Below, piece after piece: positions 29,670 to 38,813 of a stretch of DNA of 64,000 bases. The notes beneath the pieces are model-generated. The model was not told where the DNA came from, searched no databases, and was given only the letters and a program-made list of their open reading frames with translations. Source of the DNA: a virus (Duplodnaviria; Caudoviricetes). Where the stretch lies: positions 4,833-68,832 of IMG/VR virus record IMGVR_UViG_3300005543_000001; one strand, written 5' to 3'. The position numbers and the translations under genes were made by a program. Positions within the stretch are counted from its first letter, which is position 1, and every line of letters begins with the position of its first letter.

Positions 29670-29978
29670 ATGGCGCGTCTCAAGAACGGCATGCGACCCA
29701 TCCATCCGGGCGAGATGCTCCGCGAGGAGTTCATGACTCCGTGCAGCCTGACGGCGAGCGAGCTCGCGCGTGCGCTGAAGGTGCCGCCGAACCGGATCTC
29801 CGGCATCCTGGCCAAGAAGCGGGCCTTGACGGCCGACACCGCATTGCGCCTCGCACGCTACTTCGGCACGACTGCCGAGTTCTGGATGAACTGCCAGAAG
29901 ACGTTCGAGCTCCGCTGCGCGGAGGAGATGAGCGGCAAGGCTATCCGCGCAGAGGTCCCCGTCCGCAAAGCGGGCTGA
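29670..29978 (+). CDS. higA: HigA/VapI-family antitoxin (orphan)
   Basis: PIHPGEMLREEF...LARALKVPPNRISGIL...TALRLARYFGTTAEFWMNCQ. Confidence 0.92.
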   Translation: MARLKNGMRPIHPGEMLREEFMTPCSLTASELARALKVPPNRISGILAKKRALTADTALRLARYFGTTAEFWMNCQKTFELRCAEEMSGKAIRAEVPVRKAG

Positions 29979-29979
29979 A

Positions 29980-30744
29980 TCAGCTTGCTGAACGCTGGCG
30001 GCGAGCCGGATACCCATCAGGTTCTCGCTCGTCGGACTGCTCGCGCAACACATGCACGATTGCGGCCTTGGTTCGCGCGAGCTGCGAGCCGATGAGCTCG
30101 CGCACCAGGGCCTCGCCTTCTTCGATGGTCTGCCCCGCCCGCGCAGCGGCGTAACAGCGGCGTGCGATGGTCGCGGCCGTGTCGGTCAGCAGTCGCCGGT
30201 ATCCGGCGTCGATATGGGCGAAGACGTGCGCCCGAACGAACTCGCGCGGGATCAACCGCCCGGTGCGCTCGGCGTTCTTGAGGTCCTTCTCAGTGATGTC
30301 GGAGATACGCTTGCGGGCGTCCAGGAAGTCGACGAACGCCGGCGCGGTGCCGTGCTCGAGCACGATCTTGCGCAGCGTCATGTCGAGGTAGAGCGCAACA
30401 TCGCCGCGATCGACGTCTTGCTCGACGGAGATGCGAGCAACTGCGCGCCGCAGCGCACCAGAGCGCTCGGGATTGCGTGCAGCGAAGGGATCGACCAGCG
30501 CCGAAGGTTTTGAGGGTCGGGGCGCCGTCGCCTCTGCAGCCGCTTTGGCAGCCACATCCTCGACCTGCGTCGGGTCGATATCGCGTCCGGCCAGGTATCT
30601 GCGCACGTCCGGATGGTCGAGGTCGACCCGCCCTCCGATCAGAGCGTCAGGGAACTGCTTTACAGCGGCGAGGCTGATCGACGGCTTCTTTACGCCTGCA
30701 AGCAGTGCCAGCTGCGACTTTGTCACCAAACGAGCCATGGCCAA
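29980..30744 (-). CDS. Terminase small subunit (Nu1-like)
   Basis: N-terminal wHTH (TKSQLALLAGVKKPSIS), coiled coil, upstream of terL. Confidence 0.75.
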   Translation of the reverse strand: MAMARLVTKSQLALLAGVKKPSISLAAVKQFPDALIGGRVDLDHPDVRRYLAGRDIDPTQVEDVAAKAAAEATAPRPSKPSALVDPFAARNPERSGALRRAVARISVEQDVDRGDVALYLDMTLRKIVLEHGTAPAFVDFLDARKRISDITEKDLKNAERTGRLIPREFVRAHVFAHIDAGYRRLLTDTAATIARRCYAAARAGQTIEEGEALVRELIGSQLARTKAAIVHVLREQSDEREPDGYPARRQRSAS

Positions 30745-30749
30745 CCCAA

Positions 30750-30875
30750 GCTAACACACTCCGCCGCTCCGCCTAACGTCGCTGCCTAACTGCCTAACAG
30801 ATGTCAAAATCATTGAGGAAGCCGGGGTGGCGATTCTAAACTGCGCCTGGGGTGGGGGGTAGGTCCACAGGACCC
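30750..30875 (-). other. Candidate cos packaging region
   Basis: GGGTCCT (lambda cosQ sequence) at 30869-30875; GTTAG repeats at 30751, 30773, 30786, 30794 upstream of terS. Confidence 0.55.
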
Positions 30876-30972
30876 ACATGCATGGCATGGTCCGTGTCGG
30901 CACGCGCCGTGCCATCGACAGCTCTCTGTAAAGTGTTCCTCCGCACGTCCCAATGTATGTACCACCGGCCGT

Positions 30973-31194
30973 CTACTGACCTCGCCGCCTAGAGCCCCGA
31001 ACTTCGGGTCGCCGCGACGTCTGCGTGTTCGGATCTCTCGAGCTGCTCTTCGTCCTGCTCTGACGCTGGCAGGGCTTCGACGTGCGCCTAGGCTCGTCGG
31101 CCGGCTCAACCTCGACCACGAAAGCGGGCACCCTGCACGGCGTGGGCGGAACATCCCCCCATGCAAATAGAGCCAGCCATGCGAGCGAGAGCAT
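30973..31194 (-). CDS. Small hypothetical protein
   Basis: Hydrophobic N-terminus, RBS. Confidence 0.3.
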   Translation of the reverse strand: MLSLAWLALFAWGDVPPTPCRVPAFVVEVEPADEPRRTSKPCQRQSRTKSSSRDPNTQTSRRPEVRGSRRRGQ

Positions 31195-31207
31195 GAGGCC
31201 TCCCCCC

Positions 31208-31918
31208 CTACCTCTTGCGCACGTGCAGCTCGACCTGTTTGCGCACGGCCGCTTCCGCCATTGCGGGCCCTCTGACCTCGACCTCGCGGACGGCAGGCTC
31301 CAGCGTCGGATGAGGTTTCACGGTGACCGTCTTGCGCGAGAGGTCCCAGATCATGCGCACGCGCTTCTTCTTGCCCTCGCCCCCGCTGACCCGAAACATG
31401 CCCTTGCGCCCGCCTGCGAGCCGCAGAAAGGCAACCCCGCCCGACTTCGCTGCGAGCTGTACAGCGACCGCGTTCTGACGCTGGCGCCGCCCGCTGACGG
31501 TTCGCGCAAGCGTGATCGCGCTCTGCCAGTTCTTCTTCTGCACTTGCTTCGTACGGCTGGGCGCCCTCATCGCCTGCCCCGCCGAGCTGGTCGTGGGAAT
31601 CGTCACGCCGTACTTGCCCTTCGCGCGTTCGGTTCCACCAAGCTCCTGCGTCCGCATGTACGGCAGCGCCGATCCCACACGAGACTGCATGTTCTCGATC
31701 GGCCCGATCGTAGCCTTCTCGAGCCTGATCGAGCCGATGGTCCACTTGTTACGCAGGATGAACTTGCGCGCCATCCGCTGAGGCCAAGCTGCCTTCGTGG
31801 CGAACGCCAGGTCATTCAGCGTGTCGCGCACGGCATAGGCAGCGCCCCGCTTCGAGAGCTTCCCAAAGCTCTGCGCAAGCGCTTCCGTCTGCGCCATGTC
31901 GACAGATACGATCGTCAT
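31208..31918 (-). CDS. Basic phage protein, gpZ-like
   Basis: AVRDTLNDLAF...; typical position upstream of terS. Confidence 0.55.
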   Translation of the reverse strand: MTIVSVDMAQTEALAQSFGKLSKRGAAYAVRDTLNDLAFATKAAWPQRMARKFILRNKWTIGSIRLEKATIGPIENMQSRVGSALPYMRTQELGGTERAKGKYGVTIPTTSSAGQAMRAPSRTKQVQKKNWQSAITLARTVSGRRQRQNAVAVQLAAKSGGVAFLRLAGGRKGMFRVSGGEGKKKRVRMIWDLSRKTVTVKPHPTLEPAVREVEVRGPAMAEAAVRKQVELHVRKR

Positions 31919-31942
31919 CGACGCGACCTCTCAGGTAAGCGC

Positions 31943-31989
31943 GTCGAGAGATCGGCGTGTTGCTCGACCGACGCCGCCGATCTCTCGAC
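31943..31989. repeat. Perfect 15-bp inverted repeat in putative late leader
   Basis: GTCGAGAGATCGGCG-N17-CGCCGATCTCTCGAC. Confidence 0.8.
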
Positions 31990-32190
31990 ACTGGAAAGCC
32001 GACTCGCGAGTCCCCGCGATGGGTTCGGGTCGAGGCCGTCCAAGGAATCTCCCGACGTCATCTAGGGCACTCGCGCCAGCTTGCCCATTTGTGAGGGATC
32101 TCAATCGTTCGCTGCAAGTTGAAACGTAACTGCACGCCCCGGTATTTGCGGGGCTTGCGGAGTTGTAGAGTCTGCAGACACCTGGACGCG

Positions 32191-32421
32191 TCATTTCACC
32201 GGTCGCCGCAGGATGCGTGTCCGGGTGCGGTCGATGAAACGCTCGACTGCAGACAGAGGGATCCGCCAGTGCTGACCGACTCCCCCGCGCCATGCGCTCG
32301 GAGCCGTCCCCTCACCATCGAACACCCCCTCCTCGCACATGCGCCTGACCTTGTCATCAGACACCCCAAGGCGGCCCGCCACATCTGTCGTTGTCAGCAT
32401 GGTCTGATCCTCGTTGGCCAT
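32191..32421 (-). CDS. Excisionase-like HTH protein
   Basis: LTTTDVAGRLGVSDDKVRRM...WRIP. Confidence 0.8.
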   Translation of the reverse strand: MANEDQTMLTTTDVAGRLGVSDDKVRRMCEEGVFDGEGTAPSAWRGGVGQHWRIPLSAVERFIDRTRTRILRRPVK

Positions 32422-32424
32422 GGC

Positions 32425-32811
32425 TTAGGGACTCGAGGGGGTGATGGCCTTTGCGCGCAACAGCTCGGCGAACTCTTGCCTGTACCGATCCGCTTCCAGG
32501 CGGCTCTGCTCGAGCTCGTACCGCACCTGATCGAGATCGATGCGCGCCTCGCCAAGCTGCACCATGGCCCTGCCTGACTCGCCATTACGGTAGACCACAA
32601 GCGCGAGCAGGCGCTCGACCGTGCAGACCTCGATCAGCGCGGCCCGTGCCTGCTCGAACGCTCGCCAATCCGCATCGCTCTCGTGTCGGCGCGCGCCACG
32701 GCGCATCACGCGCAAACATCGATCGAGGATGAGCATCCTGTCGTCAAACGAGACCTGAGGCCCCACACGTCCCCGCACGAGCATCCTGATCAGCGCGTCC
32801 GCGATCCTCAT
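32425..32811 (-). CDS. Hypothetical coiled-coil protein
   Basis: Coupled ORF. Confidence 0.5.
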   Translation of the reverse strand: MRIADALIRMLVRGRVGPQVSFDDRMLILDRCLRVMRRGARRHESDADWRAFEQARAALIEVCTVERLLALVVYRNGESGRAMVQLGEARIDLDQVRYELEQSRLEADRYRQEFAELLRAKAITPSSP

Positions 32812-33692
32812 CCAATCGCCTCTGCGTAGTGCGCCGCCGACGTCCGAAGTCCGCCACGCAGTGCAGGTCGTGGGATGGGAATCAGCCCCCGGCGCGCGAG
32901 CTCGTCGCCGACCACTTTGCGGCCATTGCGCACCAGGGCCTGCAACTCGCCAGTGGCGGCCCCGAAGAGCTGGCCGAGCTCTTCATAGCCCGGCATCACC
33001 TGCGCCACGATCCCGGGCGTCCGGAGCAGCAAGAGCGCCCGACACTTCTCGGCGGGGATGCTGTGCGCGCCATCGGGGTAGGCGAGCTCGAGCGCCTGCC
33101 GGACGCGCACCAACTCGCCGGCGCGCCTGAGCAGCGGATCGTCCGGGCGGGCGCTGGTCGCTTCCCCAGTCGCGCCACGTCGGACACGGTCGAGGATGCC
33201 ACCAAGCGCGCTCGGGGAGCTTCGGTCGTGGCGCTCGAACTCCACGAAGGCCGCCAGTGCTGCCGTCAGGCTCGACCAGCGCGGCGCTCCTTCCGGGAGG
33301 ATGAGCGCATGGTGCTTCGTCCAGGGGCTGACCGCGGCCCAGAGCTGCGCCTCGCGCTCCCACTGGCACAACTCGCACTCCCCGCAGCGCCGGACCGCGG
33401 TCTTGCACGAGCTTGCCCAGAGGGCAGGCGTAATGCGAGGCGAGATGCTTGCCGTCGGCGCGAGCGTCGCCTGAAACGCCGCCTTGATTTCCTTGGTCAG
33501 GTCGGCGGTTGCCGCGCGCCCGCGAGGTGCAGCCTCGAGTCGAGACGCCGCAACACGCGCCAGGCAGCTCTTGCAGGTGACCTTCGTCGCATCCGTCTCC
33601 GTATCGACGTCGAGCCAGCCGCAGCGCGCGCGCCGTAGTGGGTCGCCCGCCCGGCTAGCGTCCAAATGGATTCGCGCTCGTCCCCTCGTCAT
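32808..33692 (-). CDS. Zn-finger protein, candidate late regulator
   Basis: H...CG...VTCKSC and CxxxxxxCxxCxxC clusters; located where Q-like genes usually sit. Confidence 0.5.
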   Translation of the reverse strand: MTRGRARIHLDASRAGDPLRRARCGWLDVDTETDATKVTCKSCLARVAASRLEAAPRGRAATADLTKEIKAAFQATLAPTASISPRITPALWASSCKTAVRRCGECELCQWEREAQLWAAVSPWTKHHALILPEGAPRWSSLTAALAAFVEFERHDRSSPSALGGILDRVRRGATGEATSARPDDPLLRRAGELVRVRQALELAYPDGAHSIPAEKCRALLLLRTPGIVAQVMPGYEELGQLFGAATGELQALVRNGRKVVGDELARRGLIPIPRPALRGGLRTSAAHYAEAIG

Positions 33693-33864
33693 GGAGCAAA
33701 TCATGCGCCATCGGCATGGAGTTGCTCCATCCGGACACGCAAGGGGAGGCATAAGGAGCAACAAGGAGGTTGACCCGATAGGCAATGGTCCTCGGGCGAT
33801 GCCCGGGGTGTTCGTTCTGCGACCACGTCTCCATGGACTTGTTTCATGTGTCTGTCTAACGCAG

Positions 33865-33893
33865 TTGACAGACAGAGCGCGTCCCTCTATCAT
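33865..33893 (+). promoter_or_regulatory. Sigma70-type promoter of hicAB
   Basis: TTGACA-17 bp-TATCAT; ATG 7 nt downstream; imperfect inverted repeat over the -35. Confidence 0.8.
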
Positions 33894-33900
33894 TGTTTAC

Positions 33901-34104
33901 ATGAAGGCGCGTGAGCTGCTGAAGGTCTTGAAGAGCCACGGATGTATCGAGGTTCGTCAGTCCGGCAGCCACATCACGGTGCAGTGCGGCCAGTGCAAGA
34001 CGACAGTGGCCTATCACGCGGCGAAGGACATTCCGAAGGGCACGCTGCGCGCAATCGAACGCGACCTGATGCCCTGCCTGGGCAAGGGCTGGTTGGATCG
34101 ATGA
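33901..34104 (+). CDS. hicA: HicA toxin
   Basis: MKARELLKVLKSHG...RQSGSH...DIPKGTLRAI. Confidence 0.9.
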   Translation: MKARELLKVLKSHGCIEVRQSGSHITVQCGQCKTTVAYHAAKDIPKGTLRAIERDLMPCLGKGWLDR

Positions 34105-34118
34105 AAAGGGGCGACGAG

Positions 34119-34619
34119 ATGGCCAAGCGATACACGGTGACTTACGAGCGGGACGAAGATGCGATGTGGACGGCGGTGCTGAAGCTCGCGGCCCATGAAT
34201 CGTGCATCGCGAGCGGCCGCTCCATCGGAGAAGCGCGCAAGCGCATCCGCGGCGCGCTGGCCTTTCACTGGGACGACGAAGCTGCGGCCGACGCCGCCGT
34301 GCTGGTGGATGACGTGAAGCTTCCGGGGAGCGCGAAGACGGCTGTATCGCGGGCGCTGCAGGCTCGCGAGGAGGCGCAGCGCCAGCTCGAAGCCTCCCTG
34401 AAGGCGTCTTCGACGGCTGCGGAACTGCTGACCCAAGCGGGCCTGAGCAGGCGCGACGCCGCTGAGCTACTAGGCATGTCGTACCAGCGGGTCCAGCAGT
34501 TTGCAGAGGCTCAGGCCGTACGACGCGCAGCACGCGCGGTGACTCCAAAAGCTCGACGCACAGCAGACAAGGCAACGGCTACGCGCAAAGCAGGACGTGA
34601 ACGAGCAAGCGCTCGGTGA
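34119..34619 (+). CDS. hicB: HicB antitoxin with C-terminal HTH
   Basis: YTVTYERDED...GRSIGEARKRIRGAL; LSRRDAAELLGMSYQRVQQ. Confidence 0.8.
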   Translation: MAKRYTVTYERDEDAMWTAVLKLAAHESCIASGRSIGEARKRIRGALAFHWDDEAAADAAVLVDDVKLPGSAKTAVSRALQAREEAQRQLEASLKASSTAAELLTQAGLSRRDAAELLGMSYQRVQQFAEAQAVRRAARAVTPKARRTADKATATRKAGRERASAR

Positions 34620-34700
34620 AAAGGCGAAAGCCGATCCTCAGGACGCCAAGAAGGGCGGTTGGCACGGGGTGCATGCTCGAAGCTGAAGCCGGCGTCGAGG

Positions 34701-34964
34701 TCAGCGAGTAGTCGCTGCTGCAATCCATGCACGCAGCGCTGGAAGTTCGTACCGTACGCACGCGCGCTCACGCTGACCGACCTTGAGGTACGGCGGCCCC
34801 TCGCCCGCTACGCGCCACTTGTAGAGCGTGTTCTCATGCACGCCGAGCAGTTCCGCCACTTCCTTTGGCGCCAGCAGGACGCGTTCGACGGGTCCTGTAC
34901 GAGCGATCTCCATCGTCATGACGGTCTCTCCTTCGGCAGTAGGACTGCCCATCGCCAAGCTCAT
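34701..34964 (-). CDS. AlpA/excisionase-like HTH protein
   Basis: [29 protein letters not shown]. Confidence 0.85.
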   Translation of the reverse strand: MSLAMGSPTAEGETVMTMEIARTGPVERVLLAPKEVAELLGVHENTLYKWRVAGEGPPYLKVGQRERACVRYELPALRAWIAAATTR

Positions 34965-35851
34965 GGCACCGCCTGGCTCTGTTCTTCGGCCGGCGCGAAC
35001 GCCGTGGCCACCGTTGGCACCTTCCAGCCAAGTCGAAACCCCGCAGCGCCCTTGTGCCCACCACCGCCGAACCTCTCCGCGAGTTTGGACACGTCGAACT
35101 CACCGCGCGAGCGCAGCGAGTAGGAGATCTGCCCATCGCCGCGCTGACACCACCCGACGGCGAAGAGAGCGTCCTTCGCCAGCTCGCCGACGAGGTCGGA
35201 AATCGCCACGTAGGGCGCGTTGACCACCGGGATGTCGTCGTACTCCGCGAAGCGTTGCCGGACTGCATGACGCTTGGTCATGGCGACGTACATGTCGCGG
35301 TACGCCTGGGCGCCGCGGCCGAGCTGCAAGGCCTCTTCGAGCCTTACGGTCTGCAGTACGCGCTCGTAGACCTCGAAGTCGCGCGGCAACGTATGCAGGT
35401 ACGCGTTGATCGTCTGCGAATCTGGCAGCGCAAACCGCCAGAGGTCGCGGTCCTGGGTGTAGTTGACGATCCAGTTCTCGCGGTCTTGGGGATACCAGTA
35501 GTCGCGCGCGAGTCCTGCCCCCGAGCGGTTCAGGTCGAACGTGATCCGCACCTTGCCCGTCGTGGTCTCAGTGTCCGTCAACCGTCGCAGATCCTCCTGC
35601 GCCGTCTTATGGTGGTCGAGGATCACGAGCTGCGCACACTCGGCGATCATCTGCACCGTGACCTCGTACGGGTAGCAGAAGTCGACGACATAGACGCGCT
35701 TGCCACGGACATCAGGCGGCGCTTCGTCGTAGTGCGCGGGCTGGTAATCCGCAGACGCGCCGAGCGCTCGCCATGCCTGCCAAGCGGCGCAGAAGCCGTC
35801 AGGACAGTCCGAGTGATAGATAACGAGAGTGTCTGCCGCGGTCTTGGTCAT
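34961..35851 (-). CDS. DHH/DHHA1 phosphoesterase
   Basis: [25 protein letters not shown]...[10 protein letters not shown]. Confidence 0.92.
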   Translation of the reverse strand: MTKTAADTLVIYHSDCPDGFCAAWQAWRALGASADYQPAHYDEAPPDVRGKRVYVVDFCYPYEVTVQMIAECAQLVILDHHKTAQEDLRRLTDTETTTGKVRITFDLNRSGAGLARDYWYPQDRENWIVNYTQDRDLWRFALPDSQTINAYLHTLPRDFEVYERVLQTVRLEEALQLGRGAQAYRDMYVAMTKRHAVRQRFAEYDDIPVVNAPYVAISDLVGELAKDALFAVGWCQRGDGQISYSLRSRGEFDVSKLAERFGGGGHKGAAGFRLGWKVPTVATAFAPAEEQSQAVP

Positions 35852-35888
35852 CGAAGTTCCCCTCTCCCGATCAGTTCGTCCACTCGCT

Positions 35889-36107
35889 CTAGTCGTAGCT
35901 CTCGCTTGCACAGGACAAGCAGACTCCGCCCCCAATCACGCAGATAAACGCGACGAGCGCCGCCCATCCTGAGAGCTCCTTTTCCCCCGCTCGAGAGAGC
36001 AGGGCGGACAGGAATCCGTGCAAGTAAGCCAACGCGCCAAAAGCACAGCCCGCGAATCGCCACTTCGCTCGGTTCGTGAGCTTGCTGGGCTCGTCTGGCT
36101 CGCTCAT
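35889..36107 (-). CDS. Small membrane protein
   Basis: Two hydrophobic segments. Confidence 0.55.
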   Translation of the reverse strand: MSEPDEPSKLTNRAKWRFAGCAFGALAYLHGFLSALLSRAGEKELSGWAALVAFICVIGGGVCLSCASESYD

Positions 36108-36120
36108 GGTCAGCCTCTTC

Positions 36121-36231
36121 TCAGCATCGGCTCATCGCCACCATGAGCGTCGCCGCGCCGATCATCCCGAGCACCACGAGGGCGATATCGCCCCACGGTA
36201 TGCGCGGCGGCTTCGGCAGATTGGTCGGCAT
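36121..36231 (-). CDS. 36-aa membrane peptide
   Basis: MPTNLPKPPRIPWGDIALVVLGMIGAATLMVAMSRC; fills the gap between neighbours. Confidence 0.4.
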   Translation of the reverse strand: MPTNLPKPPRIPWGDIALVVLGMIGAATLMVAMSRC

Positions 36232-36234
36232 CCC

Positions 36235-36654
36235 TCATCCCGCCGGCGCGGGCTCCTCGACCGGTTCAGGAGGCGCCGGAGGTTCCTCGGCCGGCGTCTG
36301 GGCCGGCTCAACCTCTGGAGGCTCTTCGGCGGGCACCGGCGAAGGCTCAGGTGGTACCTCTGGAGTCGGCTGACCGTCCCCTCCGCCCATCACGAACAGG
36401 ACGCGCTCGAGCGCACCCCGTGCCGGCACGAGCTCGTCCAGGATCACCCGCTGCCACTCGTCCAGCTTGGTCAGCTCGACCTCGAGGTTCTTGACGCGCT
36501 TGGCGTAGGTCACGCGCAGCTCGTGCAGGTCGCCCTCGATGGTGCGGGCCTGGCGAGGCTTGCGCTTCTTTGGCGGCACGTGGTTGTTGACCGGCTCGCT
36601 CTCGACCGCCTGGAGACCGCGGTCACGGCGACTGGTTTGCTTGGCTGGCTTCAT
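36235..36654 (-). CDS. Coiled-coil protein with Pro/Glu tail
   Basis: Start MKPAK; composition. Confidence 0.55.
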   Translation of the reverse strand: MKPAKQTSRRDRGLQAVESEPVNNHVPPKKRKPRQARTIEGDLHELRVTYAKRVKNLEVELTKLDEWQRVILDELVPARGALERVLFVMGGGDGQPTPEVPPEPSPVPAEEPPEVEPAQTPAEEPPAPPEPVEEPAPAG

Positions 36655-37048
36655 GGTCCGTCCCCCTGGTAACGCGCGGGCTTCTGACCCGCGGAACGCA
36701 TCTGCCTCCGAGCGCGACGATCGCGCCGGAACTTCTCCCGCTTGCGCTTGCAGTGGGCGCGCGTGACATCGAGCCGGTGCTGCTTGCCTTCCCAGTCGAG
36801 GTGCATGGCTTCGGCATCGTCGAGACGATCGGCACCGGACTGCTGCGGAAGAGGCCAAACATGAAAGCCATCGACAACGACAGCGTGAGCGCACAGCGCA
36901 CGAGCATCACGGTGAGTGCGACCATGCAAACGAATCCGAGTCCGATGAGCGTCCAGCAGAATCCGTTCATGAAGCGCTCCCCGAGCGTGTACTCAATCTC
37001 GGGAAGCGGTGGTGGTGGCGGTGGTGGTGGCGGTTTGAGCGGCATCAT
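36623..37048 (-). CDS. Membrane protein
   Basis: Poly-Pro then TM segments. Confidence 0.45.
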   Translation of the reverse strand: MMPLKPPPPPPPPPLPEIEYTLGERFMNGFCWTLIGLGFVCMVALTVMLVRCALTLSLSMAFMFGLFRSSPVPIVSTMPKPCTSTGKASSTGSMSRAPTASASGRSSGAIVALGGRCVPRVRSPRVTRGTDHEASQANQSP

Positions 37049-37076
37049 CAGCCTCCCGCGTCACGGACAAGGACAT

Positions 37077-37316
37077 TCACAGCACACCTCGCCGATAGCT
37101 ACGCGTGAGCTTGTCGAGCTCGGCAATGAGCTCCCGATCGGACAGTCCATTGAGCGCGTCCAGCTGCCGCGAGAGGCTCTTGCGCTCGGCCGCGATCAAG
37201 TCCTCGGCGAACTGCTCGACGATCTCGCTACGCTGCTCCGGCGCCGAGTGCGCCAGCCGCTTGTTCATGTTTGCGACGATGCGGTGCTGGTACTCGGTGA
37301 AGACGATGGGCATCAT
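37077..37316 (-). CDS. Hypothetical protein
   Basis: Coupled ORF. Confidence 0.55.
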   Translation of the reverse strand: MMPIVFTEYQHRIVANMNKRLAHSAPEQRSEIVEQFAEDLIAAERKSLSRQLDALNGLSDRELIAELDKLTRSYRRGVL

Positions 37317-38098
37317 GACGGCTGACCGACTCCGAACATCGTCATCTGCCGGCTTCCCGCCAGACGCTCTGCGTCAAGCTGGCGCTTGCGCAACACCGCC
37401 ATGGCCGGCTGCTCAAGCTGAGCCGGCAAGAGACGCCACGGCTTGGCCTTGCCGCCCCAGCCCGTCGCGTCGCGCAGTTCGCGGTCGATGTCCGCCATCG
37501 CTGCTCTTTCGCTCGGCCATTCCCGGGCTTGCACTTCCATCAGGGCAATACGCTTCTTCAGGCTCTTCAGCATCTCCCAGCTGGCTTTGGTGATGGCGCC
37601 GTGGCTGAAGCTCGGCCTCTCCATCTCCGACACGCGCCGGTCAAGGTCGGTCGAGCGCTCGACGATGGTCTGCATCAGCACCAGCATCTGCGATTGCTGC
37701 TTCAGCAACGACTCGATCACCATCGGACTCACCATCGCCGGCTGCATCGCTCGGCCGAAGAAGTGATCGCGCAGGACGCGCTGACACTCACGTTGGTAGG
37801 CGATGAGCTTCGGTCGCACTTCAGGCTTGACTCGCTTCACGTCGATGGTGGCCAGCCAGATGGGCAGCGAGTCGAGCGAGAGACAGAAGGTTTGATAGGT
37901 TTTCCCGTCAAGCGCAGTTGCCTGGATCATCCCTGTAACTGCCCAAGCCTTGCCTTTCAGCTTCACGGCTTGGTCGTGCTCGCGAACCCCCAACGTCTCG
38001 CAGACCCGCTTCACCACCACCCACACCTGCTCCCCGTCGCCGCGCACCGCTTGGATCGTGTCGCCGTGGAACGGCACTACCTCGATTGAGCCCGTCAT
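37313..38098 (-). CDS. Antirepressor, P22 Ant N-terminal domain
   Basis: VPFHGDTI...VVKRVCETLG...WLATIDVKRVKPEVRPKLIAYQREC. Confidence 0.88.
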   Translation of the reverse strand: MTGSIEVVPFHGDTIQAVRGDGEQVWVVVKRVCETLGVREHDQAVKLKGKAWAVTGMIQATALDGKTYQTFCLSLDSLPIWLATIDVKRVKPEVRPKLIAYQRECQRVLRDHFFGRAMQPAMVSPMVIESLLKQQSQMLVLMQTIVERSTDLDRRVSEMERPSFSHGAITKASWEMLKSLKKRIALMEVQAREWPSERAAMADIDRELRDATGWGGKAKPWRLLPAQLEQPAMAVLRKRQLDAERLAGSRQMTMFGVGQPS

Positions 38099-38370
38099 GT
38101 TCCCCCCTCATCCCCACTCTCGTCCGACACACCCACCCCCGTCCCCGAGCTCGCGCGCCGCCGGTACTCACTGGCTTTCGTCCAAGCGTCCGCGAGCGTC
38201 TCCCCTTCGACCTCCTGCCCCTCGTTGCGGAGGGTGATGGTCACGGCAAACGGCTCGCCGGTCTCTCCGTTGTAGGAGGTCCCCGGCTGCCAGAAATGGA
38301 TCTCGCAGACATCGAGCGGCTCCTCGCGCATGAGCCTCTCGACCTCGTTCAAGCAGTCCTCGGTCGTCAT
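38095..38370 (-). CDS. Hypothetical protein
   Basis: Coupled ORF. Confidence 0.55.
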   Translation of the reverse strand: MTTEDCLNEVERLMREEPLDVCEIHFWQPGTSYNGETGEPFAVTITLRNEGQEVEGETLADAWTKASEYRRRASSGTGVGVSDESGDEGGT

Positions 38371-38813
38371 TCGGCCGCCTCCCGCTCGATCCCCGCACCG
38401 AGGCGCTCGAGCTCGGCCCGGAGCCAGCCGATGTCGCGCTCGATGTTGCGCTGCTGCTCAAGCTTGTACGTGAGCTTTGCCTGGAGATCGCAGACCCTAC
38501 GCGCTTGGCTGGACTGGATCCGGTCCGGCGAATGAAGCGAACACCGCTGCCCCTCCCGAAACACCGGATTGGTGCACGCCAGCCCATTCTCCGTCCGCGT
38601 CCACCCGCATCGAGGACCTTGCCGGGGCTTACTGCGCTCCTCGCCGGCGTCTTCATGCCAAGCACACCTACCACCGTAACGAACGTGGCCTCGCGCGTAG
38701 CAGCGCGAAGTGCGGTTCGCGTTGTCGATGTACAGCACGCCGCAGATAGCTCCGTACGCTCCGCTCATGTCTGCACTCTCCCCTTGTCGTTCACCGGCCC
38801 CCTGACGAACCAC
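38367..38813 (-). CDS. Protein with two C-C-C-H Zn-finger repeats
   Basis: CG...RC...RCAWH and CG...C...RCSLH. Confidence 0.5.
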   Translation of the reverse strand: MVRQGAGERQGESADMSGAYGAICGVLYIDNANRTSRCYARGHVRYGGRCAWHEDAGEERSKPRQGPRCGWTRTENGLACTNPVFREGQRCSLHSPDRIQSSQARRVCDLQAKLTYKLEQQRNIERDIGWLRAELERLGAGIEREAAE

